This document shows positions 7,146-14,579 of a stretch of 20,000 bases of DNA, piece after piece. The stretch is from an uncultured virus (IMG/VR IMGVR_UViG_3300026154_000024) (lineage: Duplodnaviria; Heunggongvirae; Uroviricota; Caudoviricetes), in IMG/VR virus record IMGVR_UViG_3300026154_000024. One strand, given 5' to 3'. Made by a program: the position numbers and the translations under genes. Position 1 is the stretch's first letter, and every line of letters begins with the position of its first letter. The notes below the pieces were generated by a model, which was not told the origin of the DNA, searched no databases, and saw nothing but the letters and a program-made list of their open reading frames with translations.

Positions 7146-7481
7146 ATGAAAAACAAACGAATCGTAAATCTTAGATTCAAGGTTTGTGGCCTTCACTTTG
7201 ATGCGGCCATTGATTGTGATTGGGAGTTGCATTGCTATAAAGAAGTCGAGCACAATGTAACGCCGATAGAATTGTATTGCTTTGACAAGCCCGAGTGGGA
7301 TATTCGCATGATGTACCTCAATGAGCGGAATGACCAGCAAGAGTACCACTTAGGCCTTTTCTACACGTGCGCAGACATGGACAAAATCAAGGCCGAGGCA
7401 CGTAAATGGGTGCGCGAAATGAAACGTAACTCTAAAAAGACAAATCACAATGACAAACGACGAGATACATGCGATTTATGA
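7146..7481 (+). CDS. Hypothetical early protein (111 aa)
   Basis: TAGGAGG upstream; co-directional. Confidence 0.75.
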   Translation: MKNKRIVNLRFKVCGLHFDAAIDCDWELHCYKEVEHNVTPIELYCFDKPEWDIRMMYLNERNDQQEYHLGLFYTCADMDKIKAEARKWVREMKRNSKKTNHNDKRRDTCDL

Positions 7482-7554
7482 CGCAATGATAACGGCGGAG
7501 GCTTGCGGCGATTACGCTACGGCCTCGCGCCTTTCTAAAAAGATATACGGATAA
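7450..7554 (+). CDS. Small hypothetical protein (34 aa, MTNDEIHAIYDAM...)
   Basis: Read manually; fills the gap before 7589 and overlaps the end of the upstream ORF. Confidence 0.45.
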   Translation: MTNDEIHAIYDAMITAEACGDYATASRLSKKIYG

Positions 7555-7588
7555 AACAAGTTTTATAAATTTTATTATAGGTAGAACA

Positions 7589-7792
7589 ATGAAACATACA
7601 TTTAATTATTTGGTTTGCTCGTTGGCTTTATTTGTGGCCATCGTGTTCATGCTTAGTGGTTCATTGATTTGGACGTTGTGCGGCCTTGCTTGGTGCTTGA
7701 TGCTTTACATGTGGGGCGTGGTTTGTCCGAAATGGTGGAAGATGTTTTGGGTTTCTAATTTAAGAATTTTGTCGTACTTTAATTGTTTGTAA
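7589..7792 (+). CDS. Small membrane protein (two predicted TM helices)
   Basis: Two hydrophobic stretches; Trp-rich. Confidence 0.7.
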   Translation: MKHTFNYLVCSLALFVAIVFMLSGSLIWTLCGLAWCLMLYMWGVVCPKWWKMFWVSNLRILSYFNCL

Positions 7793-7793
7793 A

Positions 7794-8033
7794 ATGACTA
7801 CACAAGAATTAAGAGACCGTATTACTATCCAGTGGAAGGGGTACGGAAGTTACAAGGTGACTATCGAATATCGTGGTAAACGTTATTCATGTATATCGCA
7901 TGATTCATTGGCATACGACCGCATAACAGGTTACGCAGATGACGTACCAGACAGGACGGTTAGAGGTTTCTACACGTACAAAGGTGCTTTACAGGCATTG
8001 TATGACGAATGCAAGCGTGCCAACAACCTTTAA
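7794..8033 (+). CDS. Hypothetical early protein (79 aa)
   Basis: Starts 1 nt after the upstream stop; GYGSYKVTIEYRGK ... DSLAYD ... YTYKGALQALYDE. Confidence 0.78.
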   Translation: MTTQELRDRITIQWKGYGSYKVTIEYRGKRYSCISHDSLAYDRITGYADDVPDRTVRGFYTYKGALQALYDECKRANNL

Positions 8034-8122
8034 TGCGAATAATGCGCACATGCACGCATATATAATAATTATTATATATAAATTATTAAAAGAAACTTAT
8101 TTACAAGTTGGAGGACTAAATT

Positions 8123-8542
8123 ATGGAAATGAGTATTAAAACATTTGTTGAGCGTTTCAAGCGCGGCGACTTTAATTATTCATCAAGGAGAATACAATGC
8201 GAGGCAAGTTGGTACGACTGGTTCTGCAATGATTCTGCACTCGCTAATAAAACAAAGAAACTTGGTGCAAAGGTTTGCAAAATTGCAAATAGTAAACGAT
8301 TTAACAAAGAAACTTCATACGTTTTCTTTAAGAATAATTGCCCGTGTGTCGGTGCGTTGTACGACCAGTTTTCTATTTGCGACATTGAAAGTGGTGATGT
8401 GTTGTATTGTTGCCAGCACTTAGAAAAGGGTTCGCATGGTTGTGACAAAGCACATTGGGAGTTGTATGACGCTGACTTTAGTTTTGAAAAACCAGTTGTT
8501 AGCGGGACGTGGCGAGAAGTAGAAAAGTATTTTAACAAATAA
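8123..8542 (+). CDS. Conserved hypothetical phage protein (WYDWFC ... FFKNNCP ... LYD family)
   Basis: GGAGG upstream; motif pattern recalled from other phages, function unknown. Confidence 0.8.
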   Translation: MEMSIKTFVERFKRGDFNYSSRRIQCEASWYDWFCNDSALANKTKKLGAKVCKIANSKRFNKETSYVFFKNNCPCVGALYDQFSICDIESGDVLYCCQHLEKGSHGCDKAHWELYDADFSFEKPVVSGTWREVEKYFNK

Positions 8543-8568
8543 AACAAAACTAAAAACATTATAGTATT

Positions 8569-8838
8569 ATGAAAATCGAGGTACAAACACGAAAGTCTAT
8601 TACGTATAAGAATCATTTTATACGCAAAGTAGAGGACATGTTTCACAATGTTTTTGTTTTGATTGACAACCCTCACAATGAGGTAGAGAACGCGCCTAAA
8701 TACATGCAAGAGATTGATTTTCCTTATGCAAGTATTGCTGACGCAAAGCGCGCCATTAATGGCGAGACTATGGTTTATGTCGATGGCGACATGTATGAAT
8801 GCAGACGCGATGACTATTTAAACCGCTTTAAGAAATGA
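8569..8838 (+). CDS. Hypothetical early protein (89 aa)
   Basis: A-rich leader; YASIADAKRAIN motif. Confidence 0.75.
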   Translation: MKIEVQTRKSITYKNHFIRKVEDMFHNVFVLIDNPHNEVENAPKYMQEIDFPYASIADAKRAINGETMVYVDGDMYECRRDDYLNRFKK

Positions 8839-9007
8839 AACGTTACACGAAAAAGTTTAAGGATTTAGAGTTATGGAATTGATTTTAGTTTTCGGTATTT
8901 TCGGAATGATTTTCACGGGTGACCTCTTCAAGATGGGTGGCCGTTGAAAAGTGAAAAAATGAAAGGAGACGATATATCATTTTTTCTCCTATAATTAAAC
9001 GTGGGTA

Positions 9008-9058
9008 GGCGGTTTGAAGATTATGACCATTGTAGCAAGGGTGGAACTTGCAACCGCC
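9008..9058 (+). ncRNA. Candidate small structured RNA (three-way junction)
   Basis: GGCGGTT (9008-14) / AACCGCC (9052-58) closing stem; GCAAG (9035-39) / CTTGC (9047-51) inner stem; CCATT (9027-31) can pair with loop GGTGG (9040-44). Confidence 0.4.
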
Positions 9059-9091
9059 ACAAGATTATGAATATTTAAAAGTTACTGAATT

Positions 9092-9415
9092 ATGGAAGCA
9101 AATGACTATGTACCTCAAACTGCTTACGAGGTTTATCACAACTATCCCGAGAAGAAAGTCGTAGGGCTTTATTACGTGGATGATGACGGCAAAAAAGTTA
9201 CGCCGCATAATCTTTACTTTAGTAGTGATATGCGCAAGTGTAACAATGACGAAACGCAAGTACATGGCCGTGCGTTTACGTGCGCTATGGGTAAGCACGG
9301 CACGACACTTTATCCAGTGTACCTACCCAATGGCAAACGTTATCGTAATGCGGACTTATGCGGAATTTCGGCACGTTACAAAGAAAACATCATTAAAGAC
9401 TATTATAACGGATAG
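9092..9415 (+). CDS. Hypothetical protein (107 aa)
   Basis: Co-directional ORF filling the gap. Confidence 0.72.
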   Translation: MEANDYVPQTAYEVYHNYPEKKVVGLYYVDDDGKKVTPHNLYFSSDMRKCNNDETQVHGRAFTCAMGKHGTTLYPVYLPNGKRYRNADLCGISARYKENIIKDYYNG

Positions 9416-9427
9416 GAGGACAAAACT

Positions 9428-9616
9428 ATGGCACGTTTAGATTATGACATCGACAATTTCAGCGGCAACAACGGACGCGGCACAAGATACGATATTATCG
9501 CGGATGGTTGCGTAGTGTATCACGACATTGCGGAGGAGGCGGTTGATAGGCTTTGCGAGGAAATGGAACGAAAGCCTTGGCTGTATTCAAACATCGAGGT
9601 AAAGGAACTTAATTAA
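9428..9616 (+). CDS. Small acidic hypothetical protein (62 aa)
   Basis: TAGGAGG upstream. Confidence 0.72.
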   Translation: MARLDYDIDNFSGNNGRGTRYDIIADGCVVYHDIAEEAVDRLCEEMERKPWLYSNIEVKELN

Positions 9617-9623
9617 ATTGGGT

Positions 9624-10463
9624 ATGAAAAAGTTTGTGGTATATATCCGTGTGTCAACAAAGAAACAAGGCGCAAGCGGATTAGGTTTAGAGGCTCAACA
9701 AAAGATTTGCGGTGAGTTCATCAAGAACCACGACGGCGAAAAGGTAGCCGAATACAAAGACGTTGAAAGCGGTACTCATCGTGATAGAAAAGGTTTGGCA
9801 GATGCTGTGGCCTATTGCAAGAAAAACAATTGCGCCTTGGTTATTGCCAAACTTGACCGCTTGGCACGTGATGTTGAGTTTTGCTTTAAGATTGTGAACA
9901 CGGGAATTGAAATACATTTTGCAGACATGCCTCAAGTTAATACGCTTTTGCTTGGTGTGTTTGCATCGGTGGCACAATATGAAAGGGAACTAACAAGCGA
10001 CCGCACACGCAAGGCATTGGCCGCAAAGAAAGAACGTGGCGAAGTGACAGGCGGTGCATCGGAAAAGTGGATAGAATCATTTAACAATAAAACAAAAGAG
10101 CAAATAGATAAAGAGTATATGGAACGTGGACGTTTAAGAAACGAGCGTTATCTTGCAAGCCGTGACGTGCAAGTGTTCTTGAAAATCATCAAGAATGTTT
10201 TTGCGGCATCGTGCGTGGGTGATGATGCTACGTTGTGGGATTGGGCGGCGGTTACTACGAAAGGCGATTATCGGGCGCGTATCTTGGGTCTGATGAAAGA
10301 TTACAAGGAACTTGACGAAAGCGGCACATTGTTCGCCCGTTGGGATTTTTCGGATTTGTCATCGGAAAAGTTACGTGTACGCCTTTGCGGTAACATTCAA
10401 AATGTGAGGAAATCTTTGGAATATAACAAAAAGGTAAACGACAATGGAAACAAAGAAAGTTAA
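9624..10463 (+). CDS. Serine recombinase (resolvase/invertase catalytic domain) with unrecognised C-terminal domain
   Basis: YIRVST with catalytic Ser, QGASGLGLEAQ, DVESG, AKLDRLAR and ERELTSDRT. ATG at 9624 preferred over TTG at 9618. Confidence 0.9.
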   Translation: MKKFVVYIRVSTKKQGASGLGLEAQQKICGEFIKNHDGEKVAEYKDVESGTHRDRKGLADAVAYCKKNNCALVIAKLDRLARDVEFCFKIVNTGIEIHFADMPQVNTLLLGVFASVAQYERELTSDRTRKALAAKKERGEVTGGASEKWIESFNNKTKEQIDKEYMERGRLRNERYLASRDVQVFLKIIKNVFAASCVGDDATLWDWAAVTTKGDYRARILGLMKDYKELDESGTLFARWDFSDLSSEKLRVRLCGNIQNVRKSLEYNKKVNDNGNKES

Positions 10464-10951
10464 GGTAGCGGAACAAAATGCCATCATTACCCAATTGAAG
10501 CAATTTGCATCGTTGGGTAGTGATAGGCAAAAAATGTTCTATGAACAACAAATAAAGGACTTGCAAAAAGGTTCATGTTGTTTCCGTGCATGACGTGTTT
10601 ACACAGGACGAGATATGGTGTATAAAGAAAATCGTGCGACCTTTGCCCCGTATGTGTTATCGTAATGCGCATCGCATGGTGGAACTATTCCCCGACAAAT
10701 GCCAATATGTCGAGGGCTTTACGACTATATTCAATGGAGGCTTCCCAATTGAGCACGCTTGGAATAAGGTTGATGATGTCTATGTCGATGTAACCTACGA
10801 AATGGCATTGAAATCGGACGTGACGGAAGAGTTATATATGGCCTTGGGTACTTACAACCTTATGACCATTACACAAGCCATATCGGAAACTGGCTATTAT
10901 GGCGGTATCTATACGCATCGTTATATAAAATCGTTGAACTTAAACAAATAG
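10444..10951 (+). CDS. Transglutaminase/papain-like cysteine-triad protein, split by an apparent +1 frameshift at ~10556-10590
   Basis: The ORF from ATG 10444 (METKKVK...QIKD) joins the next frame (CKKVHVVSVHDVF...). The C-terminal part has CYRNA, YVEG, EHAWN and YVDVT. Confidence 0.6.
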
Positions 10952-10962
10952 GAGAACAAATT

Positions 10963-11409
10963 ATGAAATTGATTAGTACTATTAGCGAAATCACTCGCGA
11001 TGATTTGGTAAACCTGTTCAACACTTCCACCTACGGAAGCAATTACTTTGATGTGATTAAGAAAAAGAAAGACTACTACGGAACGGAGCTTGAAGACGCA
11101 AACGATTGCCGCGAGGACACTTGGGCAAAGATTTTGTTATCTGGCAAACCTGTGTATGTACTCGACTATTATTCCGAAGAGGAATCTTACGGAAATCTCC
11201 CTCACGAATGGGACGAGAAACGTGGTGCAATGAAATACACAGTGACACTTGAGGACATTAAGAAAGGTCTTCAGAAAGCTATTGATAACGGAGGTTGGGA
11301 TGCGAAATGCGCCTTCGACTTAATCAACGACGATTCGTGCGACCTTGATTTAACCGAGGCTGAAAACCTACTACAGATAATCACTTTCGGAGAGGCAATT
11401 TACGGATAA
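10963..11409 (+). CDS. Conserved acidic hypothetical phage protein (148 aa)
   Basis: TAGGAG upstream; C-terminal DLTEAENLLQIITFGEAIYG motif. Confidence 0.8.
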   Translation: MKLISTISEITRDDLVNLFNTSTYGSNYFDVIKKKKDYYGTELEDANDCREDTWAKILLSGKPVYVLDYYSEEESYGNLPHEWDEKRGAMKYTVTLEDIKKGLQKAIDNGGWDAKCAFDLINDDSCDLDLTEAENLLQIITFGEAIYG

Positions 11410-11460
11410 TCCGTGTATCATAAATTATCTTTATTATTAACATCAAAAACGTTTTTGCTT

Positions 11461-12374
11461 ATGAAACCATTTGAAGTTGCAGTATTTAAGCAGGTTTTGG
11501 AAAGTCGCGGTATGGTGACTCCGTTCATCAACCTTTCCGAAAGTATCGCATCAAGACCAATCCGATGTTGATTGAGGACTATCTACGTCAAATTGATGCA
11601 AGTGAGGTGTGTGTGAAAGCCTTTTATTGGGTGGTCAATTCCCGTTGGGGCTTTGACTATTGGGCGCAAGCGCAAAAGGACTTTAACGAGTACATGAATC
11701 GTTATAGCGAGGATGACGAAAAAGAGCCTTGGTGGCACTTGCATGGCCGCTACAAGATTTTGCGTACCAATTGGGATGCCGTTAAGCATTGGAAACTTGA
11801 AAACCGTGCTACGGCTGCAACACGCATGAATATCACTTTGCCTGAAAAGTTGGCCGAAAAGGAATTTTTCGAGGAACTTGAAAAGGCCGAGGTACAGATG
11901 CCGTCCGATGATGACGAAACGCCGACACCGAAAGACGATGACACGCCAAAGGTTGATGACAATGGCGATGACTTGGATATTTTCGGTGAGTTCAATTTCG
12001 TGGACTTGACCCCACGTAGGCAATTGAAACCCGACGAAATTAGCATCAACCGCCGCAACAAGAAAAACTCGATTACGTTCAATCAGTCGGTATCTAAAGA
12101 GGTGCGTGAACGTGGCGGCTATGAATACGCTGCACTTATGCTCAACAAGTCTGGTGACGTTGCTATTATCCTTAATGACACAAAGGGCGTTTCGATGCTT
12201 GACGGACGTGTTGATAAAGAGGGTGGCAATGCCGTTATCAACAACAAGGAACTTGTATCTCGCTTGGTTGTATTCCTTGACATCAAGAATGACTATGCCA
12301 TCGTGAACATCGAGGAAATCAAAAAGACCAATGATTTTGTGGCTTATCGTGTATTTATTAACGAAAACAAGTAA
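11461..12374 (+). CDS. Hypothetical protein with acidic linker; probable true start 11461 with an apparent -1 frameshift near 11533-11537
   Basis: MKPFEVAVFKQVLESRGMVTPFINL joins FRKYRIKTNPMLIEDY if one T is added to the CTTT run. ORF 11565..12374 itself has a weak TTG/ATG context. Confidence 0.65.
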
Positions 12375-12380
12375 AGTATT

Positions 12381-12608
12381 ATGGCAAATCAAAATGACAA
12401 CGAAAAAGAGTGCGCTACCCAAAAGAAACAAATCAAAGCGTACTTACTGACGGGCAATCGTCTTACTCAATTGGATGCACTTTACAGATTTGGGTGCATG
12501 CGGTTGGCTGCGCGTGTGTGTGAACTACGTGACGAGGGCATGAACATCAAGACGGAACGCATCAAAGTGCCATCGGGAAAGATTGTTGCATCGTACTTTA
12601 TTCCGTAA
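12381..12608 (+). CDS. Helix-turn-helix DNA-binding protein (HTH_39-like)
   Basis: QKKQIKAYLLTGNRLTQLDALYRFGCMRLAARVCELRDEGMNIKT pattern. Confidence 0.8.
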   Translation: MANQNDNEKECATQKKQIKAYLLTGNRLTQLDALYRFGCMRLAARVCELRDEGMNIKTERIKVPSGKIVASYFIP

Positions 12609-12614
12609 ACGCTA

Positions 12615-12699
12615 TTTTAAGGCGTTGTAACGGCATTTTGCGTATATTGTGGGATAATTACCCACCAAAGCAAAGAAACGCTTTCTATGGGCTTAAAAA
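12615..12699. repeat. Intergenic imperfect palindromic element, family member C
   Basis: TTTTAAGGCGTTGT ... GTGGG-ATAATTA-CCCAC ... GGGCTTAAAAA; exact matches to member B. Confidence 0.7.
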
Positions 12700-12738
12700 C
12701 CACGTTAAACGAAAAACAGATTAAAAACATAAAGCATT

Positions 12739-12936
12739 ATGAAAAAGATTAAGTTTATCAATAAGCAAGTGAACAATACCGAAAAGGTTATCATGGGTGG
12801 TAAGGTTGGCGAATGTGTGTTTGCCGTATGCCAAAACGTCAAAGAAACGAATGACGCAATACGTTGGTGCAACACGCACAAGGTAGGCGACAAATTCGAG
12901 CGAGACGATTATACAATGGAAATTGTTAAGGTTTAA
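12739..12936 (+). CDS. Hypothetical protein (65 aa)
   Basis: A-rich leader; co-directional. Confidence 0.72.
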   Translation: MKKIKFINKQVNNTEKVIMGGKVGECVFAVCQNVKETNDAIRWCNTHKVGDKFERDDYTMEIVKV

Positions 12937-12945
12937 ATTCGGCTT

Positions 12946-13062
12946 ATGGGTAGATTTGGCTATTGCGGTGATTGTCGCAATAACGATGACACGCAAAAGT
13001 GTATGATATGTTATCGCGGTTCTTGGTTTGAACGGAATGACAGGGACGACGATGACGTGTAA
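12946..13062 (+). CDS. Small putative zinc-binding protein (38 aa, CxxC...CxxC, acidic tail)
   Basis: Manual translation: MGRFGYCGDCRNNDDTQKCMICYRGSWFERNDRDDDDV. Confidence 0.55.
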   Translation: MGRFGYCGDCRNNDDTQKCMICYRGSWFERNDRDDDDV

Positions 13063-13086
13063 TTAACAACTTAAAACAAAAAGATT

Positions 13087-13506
13087 ATGAAGAAAACGAT
13101 TTTATTTATCTTGTGCGCTTTTCTGTTCACGGCTACGACTTATGCGCAACAATACAAGCAGTCGGACATTGGCGGCATTTGGCTTGTTACCGAGGCTTTT
13201 AACGAAAATACAAAGCAATGGGTTCCTTGTGGTGGTGACGATGCGCAAGCGTATGCGTTCATGTCCGAAACATCACATGGCAAGCCTTTAGCGTTGCTTT
13301 CAAATAATGGCGGTGTTTCTACATTTGTCTATACGTTGAACAATAACAAGGTTCTTTTGCGTGATATTGACGATGATACCTTTGTTATTGTGACAATAAA
13401 GATTGTTTCGCTTAAACGTGGTCATTGCTTTGTCGGCTTGGTATCTACATACAATAGCCAATATAGCGCAAAGTTCAAGTTCACAAAGATAGACGAAAAA
13501 GAATAA
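13087..13506 (+). CDS. Secreted beta-barrel (lipocalin-like) protein
   Basis: Sec signal peptide MKKTILFILCAFLFTATTYA|Q, G-x-W motif (IGGIWLV) and an all-beta pattern. Confidence 0.65.
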   Translation: MKKTILFILCAFLFTATTYAQQYKQSDIGGIWLVTEAFNENTKQWVPCGGDDAQAYAFMSETSHGKPLALLSNNGGVSTFVYTLNNNKVLLRDIDDDTFVIVTIKIVSLKRGHCFVGLVSTYNSQYSAKFKFTKIDEKE

Positions 13507-13603
13507 AACAATTTTGCCGTTTTTGCAAAAAATGGCTTAACTATTTTATTTTTTATTTATTTGTCATCATAGATTATCTATAATAAGTTATCTATATATA
13601 GGG

Positions 13604-13705
13604 TGTTAGAAATTTAATAAGCAAGTGTTAGAAATTTAATAAGTGTTTGTTAGATTTTTAATAACTTTGTTAGAAATTTAATAAGGTGTGTTAGAAATTT
13701 AATAA
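13604..13705 (+). repeat. Five 17 bp direct repeats (iterons) TGTTAGAAATTTAATAA; putative replication origin
   Basis: Copies at 13604, 13626, 13648 (2 mismatches), 13668 and 13689; period 22/22/20/21 bp; AT-rich flank at 13540-13600. Confidence 0.85.
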
Positions 13706-13745
13706 GTACGTTTTGCTAAATTATCTAAAATTTGCATTTGGTTTC

Positions 13746-13776
13746 TTTGTGCTTTGTATATTTATTATTAACTTTG
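13746..13776 (+). promoter_or_regulatory. Bacteroidota-type promoter (-33 TTTG / -7 TAACTTTG)
   Basis: TTTG 13746-49, 19 bp spacer, TAACTTTG 13769-76. Confidence 0.78.
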
Positions 13777-13777
13777 C

Positions 13778-13867
13778 AAGTGGAAAAAGAAAGGGATAGG
13801 TAGGAAGTCATGAGCCAACCGACAAGACCTTTTTCGCACCTGTTAGGGTTTTCCCTTTTTTCCACTT
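13778..13867 (+). promoter_or_regulatory. Structured 5' leader containing the GGAAGTCATGAGCC motif (copy 2)
   Basis: Outer stem AAGTGGAAAAA (13778-88) / TTTTTCCACTT (13857-67); inner GGATAG-GTA-GGAAGTCATGAGCC-AAC-CGACA. Confidence 0.7.
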
Positions 13868-13899
13868 TTAATGGGTGCAAGGTTTATAACAGATGCGAA

Positions 13900-14448
13900 A
13901 TGAAAAAAATGGTATTCTACAAACAGCTATTGGTTGACGATATTGGCCTTACACCCACCGAAAAGATGTTGTATTCTTATTTGGTTAATGTTGCTATTTC
14001 GCAAACGGATGACGTGTTTGATAAAGAGGACGGAAGTTATTGTAGCATTGTTCTTGATGAACTTGAAACATTGGATTTACCTCCGTTATATCAAAACGAA
14101 ATCACACGTCAATTCAATGTGTTTTCGCAAGGAGCAATTTCTTTGGCTTATAAGGGTTTAAAAGCAAAACATATTATAGACGAAACGAGCCAAAGTATTC
14201 AACTAAACAAATTACATTCATGTGGTTATTTCACGATTGATGTCGATTGTGGCTTACGTGGTGAATTACTTATATTTTATTCATGGTTGAAAGATTTGGG
14301 TAAGGGTGGTAATATTCTTGCAACTATGGAAAAATTAAGTTCTATGTATAATGTACGACTGACAAACATACGTGATTACTTGTTTAGATTACGGAGCAAA
14401 AAATACATAACGAGAAACGAAAAATGGAATATAGTTTTATTAAAATAA
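13900..14448 (+). CDS. Putative replication initiator (tandem winged-helix DNA-binding protein)
   Basis: Two related modules, LTPTEKMLYSYL... and LRGELLIFYSWL...ATMEKLSSMYNV...IRDYLFRLRSKKYI, located directly after the iterons and promoter. ATG 13900 preferred because 13810 lies inside the leader motif. Confidence 0.6.
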   Translation: MKKMVFYKQLLVDDIGLTPTEKMLYSYLVNVAISQTDDVFDKEDGSYCSIVLDELETLDLPPLYQNEITRQFNVFSQGAISLAYKGLKAKHIIDETSQSIQLNKLHSCGYFTIDVDCGLRGELLIFYSWLKDLGKGGNILATMEKLSSMYNVRLTNIRDYLFRLRSKKYITRNEKWNIVLLK

Positions 14449-14579
14449 AGTCTTATGCAATACAAGCAAGTAAAAGAACTTTGCGATAGCCTTTGCACAA
14501 ATGCTATGGGGGGTATGACGCAAACAAAGAATTTGAAAAATACAAAAAGATTTAGGCGGAAAATTTAATTTGAATAGCT

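Noticed and set aside
9624..10463. IS607/Tn3 transposon or large serine integrase
   Set aside because: No N-terminal MerR-like HTH, no tnpB or transposase, no terminal inverted repeats seen, and too short for a large serine integrase.
11583..12431. 282 aa minus-strand ORF (and other antisense ORFs such as 8176-8709, 19248-19739, 17349-17654)
   Set aside because: These are shadows of well-supported plus-strand genes; the codon bias of the real genes suppresses antisense stops.
13604..13705. CRISPR mini-array
   Set aside because: The repeats are 17 bp with only 3-5 bp between them, so there are no spacers, and there are no cas genes. The pattern fits iterons.
13810..13899. N-terminal extension of the Rep-like ORF from ATG 13810
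   Set aside because: That ATG lies within the conserved leader loop and the extension runs through the hairpin. ATG 13900 is more plausible, although a regulatory upstream start cannot be excluded.
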